DNA from: an uncultured Anaerolineaceae bacterium
GTDB taxonomy: Bacteria > Chloroflexota > Anaerolineae > Anaerolineales > Villigracilaceae
Assembly: GCA_964371065.1 (NCBI GenBank)
Contig: CAYJLS010000001.1
Coordinates: 4,383-68,382 of the forward strand
Direction of reading: 5' to 3'
Length of the DNA stretch: 64,000 nt
A program made the translations under genes and the position numbers. This document shows positions 17,819-26,780 of the stretch, one piece after another; within the stretch, counting starts at the first letter, position 1; each line of letters starts with the position of its first letter. Under the pieces are notes generated by a model that was not told the DNA's origin, did not search any database, and saw only the letters and a list, made by a program, of their open reading frames with translations.

Positions 17819-20800
17819 ATGACTTTCCTAAACGAACCCCCCAACACATTCGAACTGGTACCCCTGGCGCTTTATATTATCGCCGCGCTCTATACCTTGT
17901 TGGGGATTTATACGCTTCGGCACAGGGCGCAAGGGGCGACCGCCTCTTATTTGGCATGGATAATGCTCGCCATGGCCTGGTGGTCGGCCAGTTACGCCGT
18001 GGAAATTCACGTTCCAGAATTAAACGCCAAATTCTTTTGGGTCAAAATCGAATACCCGGCCGTCGCCTCCATTCCGGTCTTCTGGTTGTTTTTCATCCTG
18101 GAATATATCGGACAGTCCGCGCTGCTCACCCGCCGCAATAAAATACTCCTGGCGTTGATCCCCTCGCTCATCATTTTAGCGGTGTGGACGAACGATTTCC
18201 ACCACCTTGTTTACACCGAAGGGTCCTATCTCCAAACCACCGGAGGCTTGACCCTGCTCGTCGCGGACCACGGCCCGCTATTCTTGCTCTACCTCATTTA
18301 CTCCTATCTGCTCCTGGGGGTCGGCAGTACGCTCCTTCTGGTTCAAACCTTCCGCTTATCCTCCCTGTTCCGCTCCCAGGCGCTGGCAATCCTGCTGGCG
18401 GTTATCTCGCCCTGGATCGGGAGCGCCATCTACGTGGCCGGACTTTCTCCGATCCCCGGTCTGGATCTTACGCCATTCGCGTTCATCCCAACGGGAGTCA
18501 TCCTGGCGTGGGCCATCACGCGCCGCCAATTGCTACAGGTGATCCCTCCCGCGCAGAATGCCATCCTGCAAAGCCTGCGGGATGGCGTGGTTTTGCTGGA
18601 TGCCCGACGGCGCGTCCTGTACATGAACCGCGCTGCAGGGGATATTCTCGAACAGCATGCCGACCGGACGCTGGGCCAGCCGGTTGAGTTGGTCTACGGA
18701 AAGTGCGCCCCAATCATCGTGCTCTTGCTCGGAAGGGAAGAACAACAGACGGAACTCACGCTGGAAGTGGAAGGGGAAACGCGTTACTTTGAAATACGAA
18801 TCTCTCCCAGTAATTTTACCGAAAAAGAACGCGCTTCGGAAACGCCTTCCCACCTCATTATTTTTCACGACATCACAAACAGGAAACAGACGCAGGCCGC
18901 CCTGAAATATCGCGAAGCGATCCTGCAAGCCGTTAGCCTGGCCGCCGAAATGTTCCTGAAATCGGCTTCCTGGGAACAGAATATCCAGGAGGTTTTGGAA
19001 CGCCTGGGCGAGGCCGCCGAAGTGAGCCGTGTGTATATTTTCGAACGCCGTCTTTCAGAGACGGGCGTTTCCCTCGTCAGCCAGCAATACGAGTGGGCGC
19101 GGACAGGCATCCCGCCGCAAATTGACAACCCCGACCTGCAAAACCTGGACTGGCGCGCCGCGGGCTACGTGCGCTGGGAGGATGCCTTCGAACAGCGCCG
19201 GGTTATTTTCGGAGCGGTGCGCGAATTTCCCGAGTCGGAAAGGGAACTGCTCACCGCGCAGGACATCCTGTCCATCGTTGTCATGCCGGTCTTCATCGAA
19301 GACGACCTGTGGGGTTTCATCGGCTTCGATGAATGCGTCCATGAACGCCACTGGAGCGAAGCCGAACTGGACGCCTTGCGCGCCGCGGCCGATATCTTCG
19401 GCGCGGCCCTGACGCGCCGCAACGTGGAAAGACGCCTGCTCAATCGCCAGCGGTCGCAAAACCTTCTGCAGGAGATCATCCGCGCCGCGCTGGGCAAGGG
19501 TGAACTCCAGGAAATGGGACTTTTCCTCGTGGACCACCTGGGAAGCCTGATCGGGGCCGACCATTGTTTTCTCGCCCTATGGGATGAGGCCGATGGACAC
19601 ACCATTCCATTGGCCGCCTACGGCGTATCGAATGAACTGTATCGTGAAAGGAAGTTTCAGCCCGGAGAGAAAAACCTCACCGCCTCCGCCCTCGAAGCCG
19701 GGCGCCTGCTCATCGTGGACGATGCGCAAGATTCTCCCTACGTCAGCCTTCCCCTCGCCAGGTTATTCGGCACCCGCTCTATTCTCGCCATCCCGATGAT
19801 CTCGAACGAGAAGAAACTGGGCGCGGTGCTGCTTGGCTTCGTTGCGCCGCACCGCTTCACCCCTGAGGAAATCATCGTCAGCGAGCAGGCCGCCGACCTG
19901 GTGGCGCTGGCCCTCGCCAAATTCCAGGCCGTGGAGCAGGCCGAGCGCCGCGCCGAGGAAGCCGAAACCCTGCGCCGCGCCGGGGTCGCCATTTCCGAAA
20001 CCCTCAACCTGGAGGAAGCCACCACGCGCCTGCTCGAACAACTGGCCTACGTGGTGCCGCACGACAGCGCTTCCGTACAGCTGTTGAAGGACGGCGAATT
20101 GGAGATCATTGCCTGTGAGGGTTGGAGCGACCCCGCCTCCGTCATCGGTGTACGCTTCCCCATCCCCGGAAACAACCCCAATACCATCGTGCTCGAAACT
20201 CGCAAGCCCTACTTTCTCAACGAACCTGGAGACACCTATTCAACATTTCGCGATTCCCCGCAGGCCGCGCACATCCACTCCTGGCTGGGTGTGCCGCTCA
20301 TCCTCCGTAACCAGGTCATCGGCCTGCTGGCGATTGACAGCCGCGAGACTAACCACTTCACCGCCGACAACGCCGAACTGGTGACCGCCTTCGCCGGGCA
20401 GGTTGCAATCGCCATCGAAAACGCCCGCCTGTTCGACGAAGTCCAGCAACTGGCGATCACCGACGGGTTGACCGGCCTCTACAACCGCCGCTACTTCTTT
20501 GAACTGGCAAGATCCGAGTTTGAACGCGCCCGCCGTTACAAGCGCCATCTATCCGTCATAATCTTCGATATTGACCATTTCAAAAAGGTGAACGATACCT
20601 ATGGGCACCCGGTTGGAGACCAGGTCCTGCGCGCCCTGGCCGCATTGTGTAAGGAGAAGTGGAGAGAAGGCGACCCGATCAGCCGTTACGGCGGCGAAGA
20701 ATTCATCGCGCTGGTCGTCGAAGCCGATGCGAAGACCAGCCGCGCAGTGGCCGAACGCTTGCGGCGTGAAGTGGAAAAAATGGTCATCCCCAACCCGGAT

Positions 20801-20944
20801 GGCGATGTTAAAATAACCATCAGCGTTGGAATTTCCGGACTGGATGAGAACATCCCCACCCTCGAATCCCTGGTCGCCCGCGCCGACCAGGCCATGTACA
20901 TGGCAAAACACAAGGGACGCAACCGTGTCGCGGTCGGGAAATAA
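17819..20944 (+). CDS. Diguanylate cyclase (N-terminal 7TM, PAS, three GAF, GGDEF)
   Basis: HisKA_7TM-like TMs; AITDGLTGLYNRR, DIDHFKKVNDTYGH, RYGGEEF with RxxD I-site (REGD). Confidence 0.94.
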   Translation: MTFLNEPPNTFELVPLALYIIAALYTLLGIYTLRHRAQGATASYLAWIMLAMAWWSASYAVEIHVPELNAKFFWVKIEYPAVASIPVFWLFFILEYIGQSALLTRRNKILLALIPSLIILAVWTNDFHHLVYTEGSYLQTTGGLTLLVADHGPLFLLYLIYSYLLLGVGSTLLLVQTFRLSSLFRSQALAILLAVISPWIGSAIYVAGLSPIPGLDLTPFAFIPTGVILAWAITRRQLLQVIPPAQNAILQSLRDGVVLLDARRRVLYMNRAAGDILEQHADRTLGQPVELVYGKCAPIIVLLLGREEQQTELTLEVEGETRYFEIRISPSNFTEKERASETPSHLIIFHDITNRKQTQAALKYREAILQAVSLAAEMFLKSASWEQNIQEVLERLGEAAEVSRVYIFERRLSETGVSLVSQQYEWARTGIPPQIDNPDLQNLDWRAAGYVRWEDAFEQRRVIFGAVREFPESERELLTAQDILSIVVMPVFIEDDLWGFIGFDECVHERHWSEAELDALRAAADIFGAALTRRNVERRLLNRQRSQNLLQEIIRAALGKGELQEMGLFLVDHLGSLIGADHCFLALWDEADGHTIPLAAYGVSNELYRERKFQPGEKNLTASALEAGRLLIVDDAQDSPYVSLPLARLFGTRSILAIPMISNEKKLGAVLLGFVAPHRFTPEEIIVSEQAADLVALALAKFQAVEQAERRAEEAETLRRAGVAISETLNLEEATTRLLEQLAYVVPHDSASVQLLKDGELEIIACEGWSDPASVIGVRFPIPGNNPNTIVLETRKPYFLNEPGDTYSTFRDSPQAAHIHSWLGVPLILRNQVIGLLAIDSRETNHFTADNAELVTAFAGQVAIAIENARLFDEVQQLAITDGLTGLYNRRYFFELARSEFERARRYKRHLSVIIFDIDHFKKVNDTYGHPVGDQVLRALAALCKEKWREGDPISRYGGEEFIALVVEADAKTSRAVAERLRREVEKMVIPNPDGDVKITISVGISGLDENIPTLESLVARADQAMYMAKHKGRNRVAVGK

Positions 20945-20973
20945 AAAGCGGCCTGTCGTTGTGAGATGTTTCC

Positions 20974-21013
20974 AGAAACCCGTTTTCTCGCCTCCGGCGG
21001 AAAACGGGTTTCT
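20974..21013. terminator. Bidirectional terminator-like hairpin
   Basis: AGAAACCCGTTTTC / GAAAACGGGTTTCT between convergent genes. Confidence 0.7.
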
Positions 21014-21722
21014 ATCTCCACACCTGATACAGCCCCAGCCATCCTCCCTCTCCATCCGAATAAAACGTCTCCGCGATTTCAAAGCCGCTTTCGGTTGCCA
21101 GCGCGGACAACTCCTCCTCGCTAAACTGATGCACATACCGCAATCCCTCGCCGCCGCGCCGCCAGTCGAGCAGATGGTCGCCCGCATCCACGTCTGCCGC
21201 GGTGAGACCGATCCGTTCCCAGGGTTGGACGCGTCCGCGCAGTTTGTCGCTGTTCAGGAATTGCCAGTTGGAGTGGATGAATCGTCCGTTGGGCGCGAGC
21301 AGGTCGCGAATCGTTTTTAGAATTTCCAGCCGCAACTCTTTCGAGGGGATGTGATGCAACGTTGCAAAACAAGTGATAACGTTGAACGTTAAACATTCAA
21401 CGTTCAACGCCCAATCGGAAGTCAAATCCACTTGCAGAAACCGCGCGGGAAACGAATCGGGGACGGCGGACGCGTCCGAAAGCAGGGACAGGCTAAAGTC
21501 GAGGCCGAGATACGGGGCGCGGTGGCCGCGCCTCGCCAGCGTCCGCGCTAGTTCGCCGTTGCCGCACCCGAGGTCCAGGATGGATTCGTCGCCGGTCAAA
21601 GTCCCCAGCAGGCGCGTCACGCCCGGTTGCAGTCTTTGGCGCGTGGCCGAAAAGTCCGCGCCGAAGCGTTCGTAAAAATCGCGGTTGAGCGCCAGCAGTC
21701 GTTGCGCGGTGGCTGAATCCAT
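21012..21722 (-). CDS. Class I SAM-dependent methyltransferase
   Basis: ILDLGCGNG motif I, FATLHH, LAPNGRF; start MDSATA at 21722. Confidence 0.88.
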   Translation of the reverse strand: MDSATAQRLLALNRDFYERFGADFSATRQRLQPGVTRLLGTLTGDESILDLGCGNGELARTLARRGHRAPYLGLDFSLSLLSDASAVPDSFPARFLQVDLTSDWALNVECLTFNVITCFATLHHIPSKELRLEILKTIRDLLAPNGRFIHSNWQFLNSDKLRGRVQPWERIGLTAADVDAGDHLLDWRRGGEGLRYVHQFSEEELSALATESGFEIAETFYSDGEGGWLGLYQVWR

Positions 21723-21728
21723 GCCGCG

Positions 21729-21745
21729 ATTATAACGGGTATAAT
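21729..21745. promoter_or_regulatory. Two back-to-back perfect -10 hexamers (divergent leaderless promoters)
   Basis: Minus TATAAT 21729-21734 is 6 nt from ATG 21722; plus TATAAT 21740-21745 is 8 nt from ATG 21754; no RBS space. Confidence 0.65.
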
Positions 21746-21753
21746 GCCAGCCT

Positions 21754-22473
21754 ATGTCTTTTATTGATGAGATCCGCAAGCTTGCAGATGAGTTCGAGAG
21801 CAAGACCCCGCCGGAAATTTTGGAATGGGCGATCCGCGAGTACGGCGACGACATCGCCATGAGTTGTTCGTTCCAAACGCAATCCATGCCGCTGCTCCAC
21901 ATGGTCACGCGCCTCAAGCCCGACATCCGCATCTTCTTTCTCGACACGGGCTACCACTTTTGGGAGACGCTCGAATTCCGCGAGCGCATCCAGCACGAGT
22001 GGAACCTGAACGTAATTGACCTGCGCCGCGATCCGCGTTGGGACGCCTTTATTCGCCCGATCGTTCGCAGCCTGCCGCTCGACGACCCGAACTTGTGTTG
22101 TTACGTTCACAAGGTGCAACCGATGCAGAAAGCCGTGGACAGTGTGTGGGTGTGGATCTCGGGCATCCGCCGCGACCAGACCACGGAACGCGCCCATGCC
22201 AGGATTTTGGAATTGCAGGACGACGGCCTCATCAAAGTCAACCCCCTGCTAAACTGGACGAGCGCCGACGTGAATCGCTACGTCGCCGAACACAACCTGC
22301 CCGCGCATCCGCTGCTGGACAAGGGCTACCGCTCGATTGGATGCGCGCCCTGCACCGTGGCGGTCGGCGCCTCCGACTCGGATCGCGCGGGACGTTGGGC
22401 CGGTCGCGGCAAAACCGAGTGCGGCCTCCATACGGACATGTTCCGACAAAAAGACTATATCGTCATTAAGTAG
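21754..22473 (+). CDS. cysH: Adenylylsulfate (APS) reductase, CysH family, Fe-S type
   Basis: FLDTGYHF, CC (NLCCYVHK) plus CxxC (GCAPCT) Fe-S ligands, KTECGLH. Confidence 0.92.
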   Translation: MSFIDEIRKLADEFESKTPPEILEWAIREYGDDIAMSCSFQTQSMPLLHMVTRLKPDIRIFFLDTGYHFWETLEFRERIQHEWNLNVIDLRRDPRWDAFIRPIVRSLPLDDPNLCCYVHKVQPMQKAVDSVWVWISGIRRDQTTERAHARILELQDDGLIKVNPLLNWTSADVNRYVAEHNLPAHPLLDKGYRSIGCAPCTVAVGASDSDRAGRWAGRGKTECGLHTDMFRQKDYIVIK

Positions 22474-22541
22474 TCGCGTGGTCTGGTGGTCGCGTAGTTC
22501 GTGTTGCGTAAAATATCGTTTGATTCAAAGTTCCGTAACAT

Positions 22542-22657
22542 CCCGTCATTGCGAGCGTCCTGAGCGGAGGGTACTCCCGAAGTCGAAGGATGCGAAGCAA
22601 TCCCCTGTTGCGAGGAGATTGCTTCGTCGGGAAGAGCGCCCTCCTCGCAATGACGGG
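22542..22657. repeat. REP-like palindrome, copy 2
   Basis: CCGTCATTGCGAG..GAAGCAATC..GATTGCTTC..CTCGCAATGACGG. Confidence 0.9.
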
Positions 22658-22689
22658 TGGATTCGCTAATCGTAAATCGAAAATCGTAA

Positions 22690-24393
22690 ATGTCCAAAGA
22701 ATCCTGGCTCGCCGCCAACACCCTCACCCCCGATAAGATCGCCCTCGCCCGCCGCGTGGTGGATGAAATCCGCCGCGGACGTAACCTGGGCGACAGTCTG
22801 CGCGCCCACGCGCTGAAGTCCGGTGTGCTGGGAAAATCTTTTCTCGTGGCCGCCTACAACGAGATGGTCGCGGATGGGACTCTCGCGGCGGACGCGTCCC
22901 TGTTCGAGAAACTCCGTATGAAGCCCGTCCGCACACTTTCGGGTGTGACCACCGTCACGGTGCTGACCAAGCCCTATCCCTGCCCCGGCAAGTGCATCTT
23001 CTGTCCGACCGATGTCCGCATGCCCAAGAGTTACCTGCCCGATGAACCCGGCGCGATGCGCGGCGTGGAGCACAACTTCGACCCGTACGCGCAAGTCCGT
23101 TCGCGGCTGGCGCAATTGGAAACCCTCGGCCATCCCACCGACAAGATCGAACTGCTCATCCTCGGCGGGACGTGGAGTTCGTACAAGCGCGATTACCAGG
23201 AATGGTTCGTGGCGCGTTGTTTTGATGCGATGAATGAATCTAAACACGAAGGACACAAAGGTCACGAAGGGGAAACCGAAATCGCGGTAGATCTGCCTTC
23301 CGTTCAAACCGCGAATGAAATTGCCGCGCATCGTAACGTCGGCCTCGTCATCGAGACGCGTCCCGACGAGATCACACCCGACGAGTTGCGCTGGCTCCGT
23401 CATCTCGGCGTGACCAAAGTCCAACTCGGCGCGCAGAGTCTCGACGATCACATCCTCGAAATCAACCAGCGCGGGCATGACGCGGCGGCCACGCACCGCG
23501 CCGTGTCTCTGTTGCGCGCGGCGGGATTTAAAATCGTCCTGCACTGGATGCCGAACTTGCTGGGCGCAACGCCAAAATCGGACCGCGCCGATTTTGCAAA
23601 ACTATGGGACGGTCTCTGCCCAGATGAAATAAAAATTTATCCCAACCAACTGCTTGCCAATGCGGAGTTGTACGACTACTGGCAACGCGGCGAGTTCCAT
23701 CCCTACACCACGCAAGAACTCATTGACCTGATCGTGGATATCAAACCGGCCATCCCGCGCTACTGCCGCGTCAACCGCGTCATCCGCGACATCCCGTCCA
23801 CGCACGTGGTCGAGGGGAATCGGCGCACGTCCCTGCGGCAGGATATCCACGCCGAGATGAAAAAGCGCGGGGTGCATTGCGAATGCGTCCGTTGCCGCGA
23901 AGTGCGCGGCAAGATCATTGCTCCCGCCTCCCTGCGACTCGATGACCTGATTTATTCAACCGACTCCGCCGAGGAACATTTCCTCTCCTTCGTCACGCCC
24001 GACGACAAACTGGCGGGCTTCATCCGTCTCTCGTTGCCCAACGCCGGCTCGCCCGCGACCGGTCTCGCGGATCTCGATGGCGCGGCGCTGATTCGCGAAG
24101 TCCACGTGTACGGTCAATCCCTCGCGGTCGGCGCGGACCGTGAAGGCTCCGCGCAACATGTCGGTCTCGGGACGCGCCTGCTGGCGGAAGCCGAAGCGAT
24201 TGCGCGCGAACGCGGCTTCCGTCACATGGCGGTCATCTCTGCGGTGGGGACGCGCGGCTATTATCTCGAGCGCGGCTTCGAGCGCGGGGAATACTATCTG
24301 GTGAAATCTTTGCAGGAGGCAATCCCGAAGGATGAAAGGGTTGTAACTAATCCCGAAGGCGATGTGTTGAGCCTGTCGAAACAGATGCCATGA
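22690..24393 (+). CDS. elp3: Elp3-family radical SAM/GNAT tRNA U34 carboxymethyltransferase
   Basis: RTLSGVTTVTVLTKPYPCPGKCIFCP, GGTW, ETRPD, REVHVYG, QHVGLGTRLL, AVISAVGTRGYY. Confidence 0.9.
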   Translation: MSKESWLAANTLTPDKIALARRVVDEIRRGRNLGDSLRAHALKSGVLGKSFLVAAYNEMVADGTLAADASLFEKLRMKPVRTLSGVTTVTVLTKPYPCPGKCIFCPTDVRMPKSYLPDEPGAMRGVEHNFDPYAQVRSRLAQLETLGHPTDKIELLILGGTWSSYKRDYQEWFVARCFDAMNESKHEGHKGHEGETEIAVDLPSVQTANEIAAHRNVGLVIETRPDEITPDELRWLRHLGVTKVQLGAQSLDDHILEINQRGHDAAATHRAVSLLRAAGFKIVLHWMPNLLGATPKSDRADFAKLWDGLCPDEIKIYPNQLLANAELYDYWQRGEFHPYTTQELIDLIVDIKPAIPRYCRVNRVIRDIPSTHVVEGNRRTSLRQDIHAEMKKRGVHCECVRCREVRGKIIAPASLRLDDLIYSTDSAEEHFLSFVTPDDKLAGFIRLSLPNAGSPATGLADLDGAALIREVHVYGQSLAVGADREGSAQHVGLGTRLLAEAEAIARERGFRHMAVISAVGTRGYYLERGFERGEYYLVKSLQEAIPKDERVVTNPEGDVLSLSKQMP

Positions 24394-24520
24394 TTGTAAC
24401 GGAAGCGCATGCTCGGAACATAATCCCGAAGGGATGACAGGATTCGACCGAAAATGCCACCCCTTCGGGGTTGTGGGCAAACTGCTTCCCGGTCTACAAT
24501 CAGATCACCCCTTCGGGGTT
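24321..24520. repeat. REP-like cluster: three AATCCCGAAGG and two inverted CACCCCTTCGGGGTT
   Basis: Copies at 24321, 24349, 24422; inverted copies at 24458, 24506. Confidence 0.8.
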
Positions 24521-24602
24521 GAGAGCCATATTGTTCCCGCCCTTTTGAAACACACAGAAATTGAACGCATCGTTTGGATAAAGAAAGTAGAAACAAGCAA
24601 CC

Positions 24603-25118
24603 TTGAACCTCTACCTCGAACTCTTCCTGACCTTCCTCAAGGTCAACCTGCTCAGCACCTCCGGCCCGGCTTCGGTGGGGTTGCTCTATTCCGAAGCGGT
24701 GGGGAAATTCGTCACCGAAGGCCAGTTCGTGCAGGCGGTGGGATTCGCCTCCGTCCTGCCCGGCTCGGACGCGTTGCAGATGGCCATGTACGTCGGCTAT
24801 GCCGCGGCGGGCATCCCCGGCGGACTGGTGGCCCTGCTCGGCTCGATCCTTCCGCCCACGCTGTTGATCCTCGGCGTGGTCATGCTCCTGCACCGTATCC
24901 GCCGCGAGGCCTGGGTGGCGAGTTTTGTCGAAGGCCTGACGCCCGCCATTTCGATGGTCATTTTGTTCGCGGCCTGGAAAATTTTCCAGAAGGGCGGCGA
25001 CACCGGCTGGCAAGGCTGGCTGATCGGCGCTCTGAGCCTGGCAGCGCTGTTGCTGAACGCGCCCGCGCGCATCGTGGTTGTGGTCGCGGCGCTGGTGGGA
25101 GTGTTCTTTTTATCATGA
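24603..25118 (+). CDS. chrA: Short-chain chromate transporter subunit 1
   Basis: FLTFLKVNLLSTSG, VLPGSDALQMAMYVGYAAAGIPGG..LGSILPP; TTG start. Confidence 0.85.
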   Translation: MNLYLELFLTFLKVNLLSTSGPASVGLLYSEAVGKFVTEGQFVQAVGFASVLPGSDALQMAMYVGYAAAGIPGGLVALLGSILPPTLLILGVVMLLHRIRREAWVASFVEGLTPAISMVILFAAWKIFQKGGDTGWQGWLIGALSLAALLLNAPARIVVVVAALVGVFFLS

Positions 25119-25270
25119 GCCGTCATCTGGCGATTGTCCCACACGGATGCTTCGCGAAAATCGCACTGACGATTGCAAAGTCCGCCTTCGTGGACTACTT
25201 TGAATTAGCCGACGAAGGTCGGCTTTGCACGCGTAGCCGCGACTTGAGTCGCCCCGCCAGATTGTCATGA
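25113..25270 (+). other. 152-bp REP-containing insert flanked by TCATGA direct repeats, carrying a 51-aa bridging ORF (25115-25270)
   Basis: TCATGA at 25113-25118 and 25265-25270; GTAGCCGCGACTTGAGTCGCC at 25233-25253; ATGA overlap with both chrA genes. Confidence 0.6.
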
Positions 25271-25806
25271 CCCAGCCCTCGAAATTTTCCGTCTGGTGGA
25301 AATTGCTGTGGATGTTCCTGAAGGTGAACCTGCTTTCGCCTTCGGGGCCTGCCTCGATTGGCCTGCTCTACAAGGAAGCGGTCGGCACGATCATGGACGA
25401 GGAACGCTTCGTCGAAGCGGTGGGATTTTCGAACATCCTGCCCGGCAGTGAGGCGCTCAAACTTGCCATGTTCGTGGGCTACGCCGCGGGCGGCATCCCC
25501 GGCGTGCTGACCGCCCTGCTCGGCGCGATCCTGCCGCCGACGGTGATGATGCTGGTGGTGGCCTTCGTGCTGGAACGATTCCAGCGCGAGAACTGGCTGA
25601 ACGGTTTCGTGGCAGGCATGAGTCCGGCGGTGGCCGCGCTGATGGTCACCGTGGCGTGGGAACTCTCACGCGCCACGCGCTCCAAAAAAATTACGCGCCG
25701 ATTCCTGATCATTGCCGCGTTGAGCGCGGTGGCGCTGTACCTCGAAGTCCCTTCGCCGCTCATCCTGGTCGGCGCGGGGATTTTGGGCGTTATCCTGTAT
25801 CGGTAG
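25267..25806 (+). CDS. chrA: Short-chain chromate transporter subunit 2
   Basis: Paralog of 24603; ILPGSEALKLAMFVGYAAGGIPG..LGAILPP. Confidence 0.85.
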   Translation: MTQPSKFSVWWKLLWMFLKVNLLSPSGPASIGLLYKEAVGTIMDEERFVEAVGFSNILPGSEALKLAMFVGYAAGGIPGVLTALLGAILPPTVMMLVVAFVLERFQRENWLNGFVAGMSPAVAALMVTVAWELSRATRSKKITRRFLIIAALSAVALYLEVPSPLILVGAGILGVILYR

Positions 25807-25812
25807 GTGGAT

Positions 25813-26664
25813 ATGACTTCAGATATTCTGATCTTTACCAACGGACGCGCGACGACTCTCCCCGCCATCGAATACGGCGCCTGGCTGGGCGCTTCGCTGC
25901 GGACCCCGGTGCGGCTCGTCGGCCTCGACGAGTATCCGTCCCCCAGCCAAATTGACGAAGCGACTTATCCGCTCGAGAGGATCTTTGCGGAGGCGGTCGA
26001 GGCGTTCAAAAAGGCCGGGATCGCGTACCAACTCGAAGTCCAGCAGGGACACGCCGAGGAGGTCATCCCGCGCCGCGTCAAAGGGCTGGACGCGCTCGTC
26101 GTGCTGGGCCCGCTCGGTCGTCCGCCGTTGAAGCGGCTGTTGTCGGGGCGGTCGTTCCGCCACATCATGGAGCAGGTCGCCGCGCCGATTCTCTACGCGC
26201 CGAAGACGCGCCTGCCGCTCAAGCGCATGTTGGTCTGCCTGGGCGGACTCGGCTACGAAGTGACCGCCGAGAACGTCGCCGTGCAGTTGGCGCAGGCCGC
26301 GCAGGCCGAGGTGATCCTGCTGACGGTCGTCCCGCCGATTGACCTGGATTATCCCGAGGCGCGCCATGTGAGCGAAAACTGGGAGCATCTCGCGGATACG
26401 AATACGTTAACGGGGAAAAGTCTGCGCCAGGGATTGGAAACGGCCCGCGCGGCGGGGTTGCAGGCTTCGGTGAAGGTCCGCAACGGAAATGTGCTGGAGG
26501 AGATTCTCGCGGAAGTGGGGCAGGGGAATTACGATTTGCTGTGCATGGGCTCGCCCTACAGCAGTCATGCGTTGCGGCAGTTTTACACCCCCAACATCAC
26601 CGCCGAGATCGCCGAGACTGACCTGGTGCCTGTGCTTACGGCGCGCTATATGCGGCCGGAATAA
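25813..26664 (+). CDS. Tandem universal stress protein
   Basis: Two USP domains; LVVLGPLG, YDLLCMGS; GGTGG upstream. Confidence 0.85.
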   Translation: MTSDILIFTNGRATTLPAIEYGAWLGASLRTPVRLVGLDEYPSPSQIDEATYPLERIFAEAVEAFKKAGIAYQLEVQQGHAEEVIPRRVKGLDALVVLGPLGRPPLKRLLSGRSFRHIMEQVAAPILYAPKTRLPLKRMLVCLGGLGYEVTAENVAVQLAQAAQAEVILLTVVPPIDLDYPEARHVSENWEHLADTNTLTGKSLRQGLETARAAGLQASVKVRNGNVLEEILAEVGQGNYDLLCMGSPYSSHALRQFYTPNITAEIAETDLVPVLTARYMRPE

Positions 26665-26718
26665 TTTTTCACGAATTCCCTGCTTGCAAATTTCCCCAAC
26701 GAAAATATAGCGAAACCG

Positions 26719-26760
26719 ATGAAAAAGCCTGCGAAACCACAAATTCGCAGGCTTTTTCAT
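26719..26760. terminator. Bidirectional terminator
   Basis: ATGAAAAAGCCTGCGAA / TTCGCAGGCTTTTTCAT. Confidence 0.85.
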
Positions 26761-26780
26761 CTTTCATCTTTCATCTTTTC

